Positions 15,844 through 26,026 of a DNA stretch of 57,608 nucleotides are shown in pieces. Source of the stretch: an uncultured Candidatus Saccharibacteria bacterium (GTDB lineage: Bacteria > Patescibacteriota > Minisyncoccia > Phycocordibacterales > UBA10002); NCBI GenBank assembly GCA_964373775.1, contig CAYJWA010000001.1, forward strand, positions 1 to 57,608. The letters are read 5' to 3'. Made by a program: the position numbers and the translations under genes. The first letter of the stretch is position 1, and every line of letters begins with the position of its first letter. The notes below the pieces were generated by a model, which had not been told where the DNA came from, ran no database searches, and saw nothing but the letters and a program-made list of their open reading frames with translations.

Positions 15844-17043
15844 ATGATGGTGGTCATGCGGATTTTTCTCATCACCTCCAAATTGAAGTTTGAAGACAAC
15901 GGCTCACCGATTGGCGGGTCGGTGGTTGATTTGCACCTTAAAGCGAAAGGGCTTGGTGAGCTCGGACATGAAGTCTGTGTCGTGACGGCGTTTTCAAACG
16001 AAGATCGGATTCCGTGCCCTTTGCCATATGCGGTGTTTGAACGGAGGATAAAAAAACGAGGGCTTCTTGGACTTCAATTTGGCATATACTCAATTCTTAG
16101 AGAGTTTTCAAATCGGGCGGATGTGTTTTATATCGACGGCCACATGTTTCTTTACGGCGGAGGAGCTTATCGACTGCTTGGCGGGAAGGTGCCGGTAGTC
16201 GCGTTTTCTAATGTCCGGTTAAATCTTTGGGCCGATGCATCGGGCAATGCGCTCCGCCCGCCATTTTTAAAACGCGTCAAGAAAAGTGTGCGATATTTCA
16301 TCGAACGGTGGATCGGCGTACCTATTGCCAATCACCTAGATGCATTCATTTTCAATACGCCGCAGGTGCAGAAGCTGTACCATGACTTTGGCGTCGGCAC
16401 GAAGAAACCGAATACGGTTATTGAGGATTTTATTGCAACACGCGAGATTATGGAGCGCTTCAATATCACTGCGGAAGGGGTGCGAGCGCACCAGGAAAAA
16501 ACGGAGCGGATAACACTATTAGCCACCGGCCGGATGCTTCCTGAAAAAGGATTTGAGCTTTTGGTTCACGCGCTTGCAAAAGTGAAGGACAGGAAAAATT
16601 TCAAAGTGATTCTTTCTGGAGGCGGACCGGACAAAGAGCGGCTTCTAACCCTTACAAAAGAGCTCGGACTATCTGAGACGATTGAATTCCCCGGCTGGGT
16701 GGAGAAGGAAAAGCTGTACGAATTCTTCAAAGGGGCGTATGTCTTTGTGTTCCCGCGCTGGTGGATCGAGTACGGTTCGGCGGTGCTTACTGAAGCAATG
16801 GCGTTTGGCCTTCCTTCCATCATTCCGGGTGGGGGAGCGCTTGAATGGCTAACGGCAGGTTCGGCCCTTACTTTTCAAAACGAAAATGTTAATGAACTTG
16901 CAACGCAAATAGAGACATTGATAGAAAATAAATCTTTTCGCCTGGAACTTGCGGAACGGGCGCTCAAAAGAGCAAATGACCTTGATTATTTGAAGTTGTC
17001 AACGCGATTGGAACGGACCATGATTTCTGTCGCGCGCCATTAA
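15844..17043 (+). CDS. GT4 (GT-B fold) glycosyltransferase
   Basis: MRIFLITSKL...GGSVVDLH at the N-terminus, then GRMLPEKGFELL and FVFPRWWIEYGSAVLTEAMAFGLP (the E-x7-E region). The ORF-track start at 15703 runs through the terminator, so it was moved to 15844. Confidence 0.7.
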   Translation: MMVVMRIFLITSKLKFEDNGSPIGGSVVDLHLKAKGLGELGHEVCVVTAFSNEDRIPCPLPYAVFERRIKKRGLLGLQFGIYSILREFSNRADVFYIDGHMFLYGGGAYRLLGGKVPVVAFSNVRLNLWADASGNALRPPFLKRVKKSVRYFIERWIGVPIANHLDAFIFNTPQVQKLYHDFGVGTKKPNTVIEDFIATREIMERFNITAEGVRAHQEKTERITLLATGRMLPEKGFELLVHALAKVKDRKNFKVILSGGGPDKERLLTLTKELGLSETIEFPGWVEKEKLYEFFKGAYVFVFPRWWIEYGSAVLTEAMAFGLPSIIPGGGALEWLTAGSALTFQNENVNELATQIETLIENKSFRLELAERALKRANDLDYLKLSTRLERTMISVARH

Positions 17044-17108
17044 TTTGTGCGCAGGTGATGGTCGTGGCGACCGAGAGGGTCAATGCACTGTGGTGTCGCT
17101 CTTAAAAT

Positions 17109-18272
17109 TTACGGTTTAAGCAAAGACGCGAGCACACGAAGTTCTCCTGAAGTGAGTTCCGCATTATTTGCAAAATAAAATCCATTATTGTGAATATAAT
17201 TGGCGTTCGGGCATGACGGTTGATTACCGACATACTTTCTGAAAAACGGCTGTTTGGTAATGTCCCCTGCGATGATGGGGCGTATCTCCACCTTGCTCTT
17301 TTTGAATCGGGTTTGATACTTCAGATAGGCCTTCTTTGTCCGTGCTATAACGGGAACCGCAAAGTTGGAGACCGTATCCATATGGCTCGTACGGATCGGG
17401 AACAGTTCCGGATTCGCCGCGATCAGTGGCTGCAATCTAAAGAAATTTTCCTCGCGCTTCCTAATCATAATCGAAAGATACTTGAGTTGTTCGTTGCCTA
17501 AGAATCCCTGCAAATCAGTCGGTCGGATATTAAACGCAAGATCGTAAAATGTGTAGCTGGCAAGAAAATCGTCAACTTTGAAACGCTTCCGCAATTCAAT
17601 CTGCTCTTTTTTAGGCAGTTGCCGATCCCAGCCGTGGGCGCGCACCATACGAAGAGCGAGATACAATTTCTTATCGTCAGTAACAATCATGCCCCCTTCA
17701 ATTGTAGACAGATGATGTCCGACAAAGAATGAAAAAGTTGAGGCCATGCCGAAATTTCCGAGAAGCATTCCTGATGTCTTTGAACCAAGCGATTCACAGT
17801 TATCCTCAAGCAAAAGAACGCGTGAATTTTTACACATGGCGGCAATGGTTTGAATGTCATCTGAAAATCCAAGAACATTTGTGATGAAGAGCGCGTTAAG
17901 TGAAGAAAGGGTTTTTGCTAAAGTTGCGGGCGATATATTGAGCGTATCTAGCGTGCAGTCAATAGCGACTGGCACCATGCCAAGTTGGACAATAGGCATG
18001 ATATTTGTAGACCATGTTACCGAAGAAACGCCAATCCTATCCCCTTGCTTGAGCGTGCCGATATTCTGCAGAGCTTGAAGAAGTGCTAAGTTGGCACTGC
18101 TCCCGCTGTTCACAAAGACAGCAAACTTTCTCTGCTGCTTTTTTGCAAACGTTTTCTCAAAACGCTCTGTTTCTTTCCCCATACTTAATCTGTCTGCCGA
18201 CTGTATAAAGTCCGCGAGCTTTTTCTTGGTCTCAATTTCATTATAAAAACTTGATTTTGCGAGTTTAATCAT
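17109..18272 (-). CDS. colD: PLP/PMP-dependent GDP-4-keto-6-deoxy-sugar 3-dehydratase (ColD-like, DegT family)
   Basis: It aligns by eye with E. coli ColD ([26 protein letters not shown]). The active-site Lys position is His ([17 protein letters not shown]), as in ColD/E1 dehydratases. Confidence 0.75.
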   Translation of the reverse strand: MIKLAKSSFYNEIETKKKLADFIQSADRLSMGKETERFEKTFAKKQQRKFAVFVNSGSSANLALLQALQNIGTLKQGDRIGVSSVTWSTNIMPIVQLGMVPVAIDCTLDTLNISPATLAKTLSSLNALFITNVLGFSDDIQTIAAMCKNSRVLLLEDNCESLGSKTSGMLLGNFGMASTFSFFVGHHLSTIEGGMIVTDDKKLYLALRMVRAHGWDRQLPKKEQIELRKRFKVDDFLASYTFYDLAFNIRPTDLQGFLGNEQLKYLSIMIRKREENFFRLQPLIAANPELFPIRTSHMDTVSNFAVPVIARTKKAYLKYQTRFKKSKVEIRPIIAGDITKQPFFRKYVGNQPSCPNANYIHNNGFYFANNAELTSGELRVLASLLKP

Positions 18273-19275
18273 GTGTGGTTAGTTTGACGCCGAGCTTCTC
18301 GCAGTCAGCATGAATCATAATTTGCACCAATTCCTTGAATTTAACTTTCGGTTTCCAACCAAGCTTTCGACGCGCTTTCCCCGAGTCGCCTATTAGAATA
18401 TCAACTTCCGCCGGGCGGAAATATCTCTTGTCAGTGACAATATGCTTCTTCCAGTTGTCGATGTGAGCAACCCTAAATGACTCCTCAATAAATTCTCTGA
18501 CGCTGTGCGTCTCGCCTGTAGCAATTACATAATCATCTGGTGTATCTTGTTGGAGCATAAGGTACATTGCCTCAACATACTCTGGAGCATATCCCCAGTC
18601 CCTTTTAGCTTCCAGATTGCCGAGGAAGATCTTGTCGCGTTTTCCTGCCAGTATCTCGGCAACTCCAATACTTATTTTTCGTGTTACAAAATTTTCACCG
18701 CGACGCGGAGATTCATGGTTAAACAATATACCGTTTGACGCATGTAGACCATAGGCCTCACGGTAGTTAACCGTGATAAAGTGAGCAAATACCTTCGCTA
18801 CAGCATACGGACTACGAGGATAAAATGGAGTACTCTCGTTCTGCGGGGTTCCATACGCCTTACCGAACATCTCGGAAGACGAGGCCTGATAGAATCTCGT
18901 CTTTATTCTTGCCTCTCGTATCGCTTCAAGGAGCCGGAGCGTTCCCAATCCGACAACATCAGCAGTATATTTCGGCACATCAAAACTAATGCCAACATGG
19001 CTCTGCGCGCCGATATTGTATATCTCCGCAGGATTGATCCTTTCAATCAGTCTTGCCAGATTAGAAGAATCTGAAAGATCTCCATAGTGTAAGATTATGT
19101 TTGCAATTTGTTGAGCATCAGAATAAATATTAGCGATCCGTTCTCGGTTAAAGCTACTTGAACGACGCACCAATCCATGGACCTCATATCCCTTTTTAAG
19201 TAAGAGTTCCGCAAGATATGATCCGTCCTGACCGGTGATGCCAGTAATGAATGCTTTCTTCTTTTTATTTTCCAT
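18265..19275 (-). CDS. gmd: GDP-mannose 4,6-dehydratase (second copy)
   Basis: [58 protein letters not shown] and [12 protein letters not shown]. Confidence 0.85.
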   Translation of the reverse strand: MENKKKKAFITGITGQDGSYLAELLLKKGYEVHGLVRRSSSFNRERIANIYSDAQQIANIILHYGDLSDSSNLARLIERINPAEIYNIGAQSHVGISFDVPKYTADVVGLGTLRLLEAIREARIKTRFYQASSSEMFGKAYGTPQNESTPFYPRSPYAVAKVFAHFITVNYREAYGLHASNGILFNHESPRRGENFVTRKISIGVAEILAGKRDKIFLGNLEAKRDWGYAPEYVEAMYLMLQQDTPDDYVIATGETHSVREFIEESFRVAHIDNWKKHIVTDKRYFRPAEVDILIGDSGKARRKLGWKPKVKFKELVQIMIHADCEKLGVKLTTHD

Positions 19276-20140
19276 ATTGTTCCAATAAGTAGGCCCGAAG
19301 CGAAACTCGCCAATCTGGAAACTGACGGAATTTCGTATTTACAAGAACCGCACTTGTCGGGTAAGAGACCCTAAGTATATCCTCTCCATGCGCACTTTTA
19401 AGAGAGCTTGAGTCAAAGTAAAGCGTCTTTGCAATTTCGCGCGCGATCTCGTATTTTGTTACTCCACCGTCACTCTTGTTGGAAAAATGATAAATACCTG
19501 AAGAATACTGATCTTGTGTTATGAGTTCTTCTATACCAAGCGCCATATCTTTGGCGGAAGTCACTACGCTTTTATGGTCATCAATGGCTTCAAACAAATC
19601 ATGTTCTTGAAGCCTTTTTACAATCACATCAACGAATGTAGGTCGGAATCGTCCGTAAAGCCATGATGTTCTGATAATGAAAAAGCGAATACCTGCGGCA
19701 CGGGCTTCTGCTTCAACCAAACGCTCCCCCATTAGTTTCGAGATTCCGTAATTGTTGACCGGGCGCGCCTCGTCATTCTCACGAAATTCCTTCCGATCGT
19801 TGCCAAACACATATGCGCTGCTTATATTTACCATAGAAGCTTTTAGACCGAGTCTGCGAATTGCATGTGCGATTGCTCCAGACCCGAATGCATTAATCCT
19901 GCACGCTTCAAACGGATTTGCTTCGCAATATTCTACATTGATTAGAGCTGCGCAATTAATTATGGTATCTGGTTTATAGTTTGATAAGGACATATAAATT
20001 CTTTTTTCTTCTGTAATGTCTGCGTCAGCGCGGGTGAGCCCAACGACGGAGTACAAACCGGCGCGTTTAAAAAAATCTGTCAGCTCTGCGCCAAGCAATC
20101 CTTCTGCGCCGAATATCAATATTTTTAAAGGTTGTTTCAT
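19265..20140 (-). CDS. RmlD-like NAD(P)H-dependent 4-keto-sugar reductase
   Basis: [29 protein letters not shown] and IIRTSWLYG match the RmlD substrate-binding family. It overlaps the gmd start by 11 nt. Confidence 0.65.
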   Translation of the reverse strand: MKQPLKILIFGAEGLLGAELTDFFKRAGLYSVVGLTRADADITEEKRIYMSLSNYKPDTIINCAALINVEYCEANPFEACRINAFGSGAIAHAIRRLGLKASMVNISSAYVFGNDRKEFRENDEARPVNNYGISKLMGERLVEAEARAAGIRFFIIRTSWLYGRFRPTFVDVIVKRLQEHDLFEAIDDHKSVVTSAKDMALGIEELITQDQYSSGIYHFSNKSDGGVTKYEIAREIAKTLYFDSSSLKSAHGEDILRVSYPTSAVLVNTKFRQFPDWRVSLRAYLLEQYGK

Positions 20141-20296
20141 ATGCCAAGATCGTTTTTCCCAGACCTTTTTTGAAGACCTATTTTAGAATGATTGTAGAAT
20201 TATGCTACGCATATCTTTTTTTAACAAGCGAATGGCCGTTATGTTCAACAAATCAGTTGCGCTGACGGTATATTGAAGATACAATTGGATTCTCCT

Positions 20297-21028
20297 ATGG
20301 AACGCCCGAGATTTTCAATAATTTTCCCCTGCTTTAATGAAGTCGGAAACATCAAGATACTCATAGAGCGAATCATTGAGAGTTTTAGGCGCGACCGCAT
20401 AGAACTTATTTTTGTTGATGACGGTTCGACCGATGGTACGATTGAACTTTTGGAGAATTTTCGTCGCAGATACACTTTCATATCGGTTATAAAAAGATCC
20501 ACACTTTTAGGTCTCGGGTCGGCGCTTAGGGACGGCTTTGATGCAGCTAAGGGAGATTATTTTATTTCATTTGATTGTGATCTGCCTGTGCCTATTGCGG
20601 ACGTAAGAAAAATCGCAGACACGATTTCTGCGGACACTTATGATCTTGTGCTGGGGTCGCGGTACCTTAAAGGATCTTTTTATGAAACGCCTAACATGAA
20701 TATTTTGAAAAAGAAAATTGTCAGTCGGTGCGCTAACTTTTTCTTTAAGGTTGTAAATTTAATCAATGTAACCGATTTTACTTTCAATTGTCGCGGAATG
20801 AGGAGGGAGGTGTGGCAAAAAATTCAACCGCAGAGCAGCAACAATTTCTTCCTCTGTGAAATGGTCTGGCGCGCTTCACGACACAAACTTCGCATTGCCG
20901 AGGTACCGGTCCGGTTTTATGATCGCAAGTTTGGAACCTCAAAATTGCAGTTAGGAAGCGAGATGAAGAAGTATCTCAGGCAGTTCCTCAAGCTTCGTTG
21001 GATGTATTTGTTTAAGAAACTTCAGTAA
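20297..21028 (+). CDS. GT2 glycosyltransferase, polyprenyl-phosphate sugar synthase type (Dpm1/GtrB-like)
   Basis: FSIIFPCFNEVGNI, FVDDGSTDGT, SFDCDL and LVLGSRY. Confidence 0.7.
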   Translation: MERPRFSIIFPCFNEVGNIKILIERIIESFRRDRIELIFVDDGSTDGTIELLENFRRRYTFISVIKRSTLLGLGSALRDGFDAAKGDYFISFDCDLPVPIADVRKIADTISADTYDLVLGSRYLKGSFYETPNMNILKKKIVSRCANFFFKVVNLINVTDFTFNCRGMRREVWQKIQPQSSNNFFLCEMVWRASRHKLRIAEVPVRFYDRKFGTSKLQLGSEMKKYLRQFLKLRWMYLFKKLQ

Positions 21029-21062
21029 TTTCTTTCGAAAAACTCAAGTGGCAAACACCTTT

Positions 21063-22751
21063 ATGTCGTATCATGAACGAATCACGCATGTTATACGGGA
21101 ACACCGCGGAGCGCTTGTGGGAGCTCTCGCCGCGGCTTCTTTGGTTTTTTCCCCACTTGCAGGTTTTCTCTTTTTGTCAGATTCATATCAAGGTATCAAT
21201 GTGGGGAATTACTTTCAGGACGAGTTTCATTATCTTGCCAAGGGAAGGGAGGTGTTGGACGGCAACGGCTTGGGAAACATTATTTTGCATGAGGGGAAGG
21301 ATTGGTATAACCCTGAACAGAAATACGCCGAATATCTTGTCCTGCCGCTTCGTTGGCTGGGATTGTCGCAAAAGGTAGACATATCGGTTGTTTTCACCGT
21401 CTATGGTTTTGTCGGTGTCTTTGTACTTGTGCTCCTTATTTATTCTTTTCTTCTCCAACTCTCTCGAGATAAGAGATTAGCCCTCTTGTCGGCGCTTTTT
21501 ATCGTTCTCGCTTACAATGTTGTCACCAGATATAACTTCATTGATTATTTTAATATCAACGGTAGACCCGCCTACCCGCTCTTCAGCTCGTTGATCTTCT
21601 TTTTTTACTTAAATCTCCTGGTCAAGAGTTTGAAGTCAACAAAGCGTGTCCATGTGCTTGGTGCCGCTGCGGCTTTCGGTCTGTCATTTTACATCTATCT
21701 TTTCTGCTGGAGCTTTATCCTTGTGCTGAATGTCCTCCTCGCTGCTATTTATCTTCTTAAGAGAGAGCAAGAACAGTTTAGAAAAATACTCACGATCTCG
21801 TGTCTCGGACTTCTTGCTGGTTCTTTTGAAGTACTCATTTTATACTTCTACGCTCAAACTGACATGGGACGACAGATTTTAAATTTTACAGGCGGCGCTT
21901 TTTCCCGCGAGTTTACGCTTATCAAGATATCATGGATTGCACTGGCGTTTTTCTTCTTTTATCGCTCTCGTAGGAAAAGCGATGAGAACTTGCCTCTGCT
22001 TCTCGCACTTATTCTTGCCGGCATCGTTTCCATCAATCAGCAGCTCGTCACGGGGAGGGGTTTTCAATCCTTTCATTATTTTTGGAACTTTATCATACCG
22101 ACCGTGAGCGCGGTCGGTCTCTATATGACTTGGTTCGTCATTGAGTCCGCCGGACTCCGGCGCGTTTTCTTTTACGCCTTGCTTGTTTTGATATTTGTGA
22201 ATAGTGCAACCCAATCTTTTCTCGGTACCCTTTCAACGCTTGAGTTAAAGAATTATGCCCAGAACTATCGTCCCGTTATTGACTATTTGAACACAGACAA
22301 AAACCCTTCGGTAATTTTGGCGTCAGACCCATTTTATGAACTGTTGTTCATCGTCTATACCCCGCATGATCTATTTTGGAACGGCATGGCACTCGCTTTT
22401 AACACCCCCGGCAGCGCTCTGCGAGACGCATTTGTAGTGTACCGCTATCTTAATAAAGACTTGCGTACAGAGCCGCTTGATTATGCGGGCAGCAGTGCTA
22501 TGCCTGCCGGTCAATATAAAGAGCTTTATGTTTCCTTTAAGCACTATATGGTTAATTTTTTGGGGAAGGATGACGCCGCTTTTTACACGGCACTCGCTGC
22601 AGCGGAAGACATAACAGATATCCTGAAGAGGCACCAGGTGAAGTATATTGTTTGGGATAAAAACAAAAATCCAGAATGGGACCTCTCCATCCTTCGCGGA
22701 TTACGGGAGGTATTGGTGTACCGCAATATATATGTATACCTCATCTCATAG
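21063..22751 (+). CDS. large polytopic membrane protein, putative GT-C-fold glycosyltransferase
   Basis: More than 10 hydrophobic segments. The first loop NVGNYFQDEFHYLAKGREVLDGNGLGN carries a DE-x-H motif like the PMT DEVHFG motif. It is a close paralog of 28757..30496, and the start was set by homology (MSYHERI vs MSHSERI). Confidence 0.55.
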   Translation: MSYHERITHVIREHRGALVGALAAASLVFSPLAGFLFLSDSYQGINVGNYFQDEFHYLAKGREVLDGNGLGNIILHEGKDWYNPEQKYAEYLVLPLRWLGLSQKVDISVVFTVYGFVGVFVLVLLIYSFLLQLSRDKRLALLSALFIVLAYNVVTRYNFIDYFNINGRPAYPLFSSLIFFFYLNLLVKSLKSTKRVHVLGAAAAFGLSFYIYLFCWSFILVLNVLLAAIYLLKREQEQFRKILTISCLGLLAGSFEVLILYFYAQTDMGRQILNFTGGAFSREFTLIKISWIALAFFFFYRSRRKSDENLPLLLALILAGIVSINQQLVTGRGFQSFHYFWNFIIPTVSAVGLYMTWFVIESAGLRRVFFYALLVLIFVNSATQSFLGTLSTLELKNYAQNYRPVIDYLNTDKNPSVILASDPFYELLFIVYTPHDLFWNGMALAFNTPGSALRDAFVVYRYLNKDLRTEPLDYAGSSAMPAGQYKELYVSFKHYMVNFLGKDDAAFYTALAAAEDITDILKRHQVKYIVWDKNKNPEWDLSILRGLREVLVYRNIYVYLIS

Positions 22752-22830
22752 ATCATATTGCATGATAAGACGATGACTTAAAAAGTGGATATTCTAAACC
22801 CCCTCTTTCATTTACGGTAACATTGTTCCT

Positions 22831-23571
22831 ATGAAAACGGATGTTGAACTCTCAATTATCATCGCGTGCTACAACGAAGAGCGGCGGATAGCCGTTGCTT
22901 TACCAAATCTGCTTTCGTATTTGGAACGCATGGCGATTTCGCATGAAATCATTATTGTTGATGACGGGAGCAGTGATTTAACTCGCTCCATTGTCGAAGA
23001 TATCGCAAAAACGCATCACGCCGTGCGCCTGGTCTCGCACTTTCCGAATCGAGGCCGCGGGGCCTCAATTCGGGAGGGGGTATTCGCATCGGTAGGAGAA
23101 GTCATTCTTGAGACAGACGCCGATATGAGTACTGCCAAAGAAGCTATCGGGAGGTTTCTTAACTATCTTCGGGAACATCCGGATGTGTCGGCCGCTTTTG
23201 GAAGCCGCAATCTTCCGGCCTCTCGTATCATAAAGGGTAAGACGTTTGTCCGATGGTTTCTGGGCAGCTGTTTTTTGTATATCGCGAGATTTCTTTTTAT
23301 GTGTCCGTCGGTTACCGATCTTACGCTCGGATTTAAGATGCTTCGTCGAAATGCCGCGCTGGATATCTTCGCTCGCCAATATGATAATCATTTCGTCGCG
23401 GAGGCTGAAATCGTCTACGTCACCAAACTTCGCGGCTTTGCGATGGTCGAACTTCCGATTTCATGGAATAATGAACGCGATTCAAGAGTGAAGGTGATAC
23501 GCGATTCTCTACGTTCACTAAGCGGTCTGGCGCGTATCTTACTGCGCCGCGTCCAAGGCAAATATCGCTGA
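22831..23571 (+). CDS. GT2 glycosyltransferase, polyprenyl-phosphate sugar synthase type (Alg5/Dpm1-like)
   Basis: LSIIIACYNEERRI, IIVDDGSSD, ETDADMS, FGSRN and DLTLGFKMLRR. Confidence 0.7.
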   Translation: MKTDVELSIIIACYNEERRIAVALPNLLSYLERMAISHEIIIVDDGSSDLTRSIVEDIAKTHHAVRLVSHFPNRGRGASIREGVFASVGEVILETDADMSTAKEAIGRFLNYLREHPDVSAAFGSRNLPASRIIKGKTFVRWFLGSCFLYIARFLFMCPSVTDLTLGFKMLRRNAALDIFARQYDNHFVAEAEIVYVTKLRGFAMVELPISWNNERDSRVKVIRDSLRSLSGLARILLRRVQGKYR

Positions 23572-23687
23572 TCACGAATTTTCCGAGCCTTTAGTTGTTT
23601 TTTAGCGGCTGCAGTATAGACTTAGCTAAGCATCTTACGTGAGTTGATGCCCTTGTTCGTGGTTACTCGTATTTTCCTTTTAACTCT

Positions 23688-24875
23688 ATGAAATGCTTGT
23701 TGTGCCGCAAGAATAAAACCATTAAACTTCTTGATCTTGGGAAACAGCCTCTCGCGAATAAATATCCCGCGAGCGAGGCGCTATTCAAAACGGAAGATTT
23801 TTTCCCTCTGGTCGTTTTTTTCTGCGCCAATTGCAAAAATGTCCAACTCGGGACCATCGTCTCCCGAGAAAGGATGTTTGAGGACTATTATTACCTCTCT
23901 TCAGTCAACCCGGGACTGGTAAGACATTTTGAACAACTGGCAGAGAATCTGTCCAAGGCAAAATTTGTCGTGGATATCGGTTCTAATGACGGCATCTTGC
24001 TTAAACCTCTGAAGGAGAGGGGCGTAAAAGCGATTGGAGTTGACCCCTCTATCAATGTCGGGAAAATTGCCAATGACGCGGGGCTCACGACCATTGTCGC
24101 CTTCTTCAATCAAGAGATTGTCCAAACAATAATAAAGCAGTACGGTAAACCGGATGTGGTGGTCGCATCAAGTATCTTCACTCACCTCGAAGACCCTCAT
24201 CAGTTTATTGAGGCAGTGAAAGAGTTGATGACTCCAGACGGTGATTTTATTATAGAGGTTGAGTATATAGGAGATATCTTAAAAGAGGTTCAGTTTGAAA
24301 GATTCTATTTGGACAGAGTATTTTATTATTCACTGACCTCGCTCAAGCATCTATTTGAAGCGCACGAGATGTACATAGCCGACGCGGAAAAGATAGAACC
24401 CCACGGTGGATCGCTCCGGGTAATCGCTCGCAAAAGAGGAGCTCCGGGAAAAATGTCGGCGAGGACTAAACGCGTGCTTCGCGAAGAGGCAGCAAAATTG
24501 ACTCCGACCACACTCAAGAAATTTAAACAAAAAGTGGAAAGTTATATCGGCGCTTTTCGCGACAAACTCAAAGAATACAAGAAGCTGAAATTAAAAGTTG
24601 CAGGGTATGGCGCTCCCGCCCGAGTGGCGACCATAACCAATTTCGGCAAAATCGGGCAGGAGCTTATTGAATTTATTGTGGATGACAGTCCTCTGAAACA
24701 AAACAGGTTTAGTCCGGGAATGCACATTCCGATTGTGCCAAATAATTATCTTGGGAGACATAAACCAGATATTTTGGTAGTCTTTGCCTACGAATATTTT
24801 GATGACATTAAGAAAAAAACCGTGGGTGGAAATTATCGGTATCTTATTGCCATTCCGCCAAGAGAGGTTACATAA
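23688..24875 (+). CDS. NDP-sugar C-methyltransferase (second copy)
   Basis: CLLCRK...LDLGKQPLAN...CANCKNVQLG forms the zinc ribbon, followed by VVDIGSNDGILL. It has the same architecture as 9426..10640. Confidence 0.6.
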   Translation: MKCLLCRKNKTIKLLDLGKQPLANKYPASEALFKTEDFFPLVVFFCANCKNVQLGTIVSRERMFEDYYYLSSVNPGLVRHFEQLAENLSKAKFVVDIGSNDGILLKPLKERGVKAIGVDPSINVGKIANDAGLTTIVAFFNQEIVQTIIKQYGKPDVVVASSIFTHLEDPHQFIEAVKELMTPDGDFIIEVEYIGDILKEVQFERFYLDRVFYYSLTSLKHLFEAHEMYIADAEKIEPHGGSLRVIARKRGAPGKMSARTKRVLREEAAKLTPTTLKKFKQKVESYIGAFRDKLKEYKKLKLKVAGYGAPARVATITNFGKIGQELIEFIVDDSPLKQNRFSPGMHIPIVPNNYLGRHKPDILVVFAYEYFDDIKKKTVGGNYRYLIAIPPREVT

Positions 24876-24889
24876 CTGTTTAAACAACC

Positions 24890-26026
24890 ATGTCCGAAAA
24901 AATAATTAAGGAAGATATAGCGACCATCGCCAAGGGTTTGGGGAAAGATGCCAAAAAATTAGAGGGCAAAACCGTTTTTCTTAGTGGAGGCGGAGGATTT
25001 TTGGGAAAGTATATCGTTGGCACGATCTGCTACTTGAACGATAATATACTCTCGAAACCCTGTCGCGTCATATCCGTTGATAACTTTATCACCGGTAAAG
25101 CTCATCCACACTTCAATTACAAAGGGCGTCATGACGTTCTTGAGGTCTGGGGCGACATTACGGAGCGGCTTCCGATCCGCGAGTCTCTTCACTACATTAT
25201 TCACGCCGCGGGGCTCGCTTCGCCGGTCTACTACAAAAAATATCCTCTTGAAACTATTGACAGTGCGGTTGCCGGAGTCAGGCATCTCTTGGAGCTCGCC
25301 AGAAAAAATAAAGAAACCATAGAAGGGTTCCTATTTTTCAGTTCTAGCGAAATCTACGGTGACCCAGATGAAAAGGCGGTGCCGACGCCCGAAACCTACC
25401 ACGGATATGTTTCTTCCGTAGGTCCCCGCGCCTGTTATGATGAATCAAAGCGTCTGGGTGAAACCATTACCACTATCTATTTCGAGCAATTTGGAATACC
25501 GGGCAAAATTGTCAGACAGTTTAACGTGTTCGGCCCCGGCATGGACCACAATGACCGTAGAGTGGTTCCGATGTTCGCGTACAAGGCGCTTAACAAAGAG
25601 TCAATTCCGGTGCACGGCGATGGTCGCCAGACCAGGACATTCTGCTACATCACCGACGCCATCACCGGTTTTTTAAAGGTGCTTCTGCTGGGCAAGCCAG
25701 GCCATGCCTACAATATCGGCAACAAAGACAATGAGATTTCCATGCGCGACTTAGCGCGACTCTTCGTAGACATTGAAGGCGGCGGTGCTTCATTTGAGCT
25801 CATACCCTATCCTGAAACGTATCCCGCGGGAGAGCCCCAAAGACGCTGTCCCGACCTCTCAAAAGCCGAGCTACACCTCGCATACAAAGCGGCCGTGTCT
25901 CTCAAGAAAGGGTTGGCTCGCTTCATTGATTGGTGCCGAAGCGAAGAAATGTATGTTGGAAAGACGCACACAACGAAAACCAAAGTAAAATTTCAACCGA
26001 AGCGAAAAACTAGAAAAACTCGCTAA
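24890..26026 (+). CDS. extended SDR, UDP-glucuronate decarboxylase / 4,6-dehydratase-like
   Basis: VFLSGGGGFLGKY, SSSEIYG, YDESKRLGE and GDGRQTRTFCYITD. Confidence 0.6.
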   Translation: MSEKIIKEDIATIAKGLGKDAKKLEGKTVFLSGGGGFLGKYIVGTICYLNDNILSKPCRVISVDNFITGKAHPHFNYKGRHDVLEVWGDITERLPIRESLHYIIHAAGLASPVYYKKYPLETIDSAVAGVRHLLELARKNKETIEGFLFFSSSEIYGDPDEKAVPTPETYHGYVSSVGPRACYDESKRLGETITTIYFEQFGIPGKIVRQFNVFGPGMDHNDRRVVPMFAYKALNKESIPVHGDGRQTRTFCYITDAITGFLKVLLLGKPGHAYNIGNKDNEISMRDLARLFVDIEGGGASFELIPYPETYPAGEPQRRCPDLSKAELHLAYKAAVSLKKGLARFIDWCRSEEMYVGKTHTTKTKVKFQPKRKTRKTR

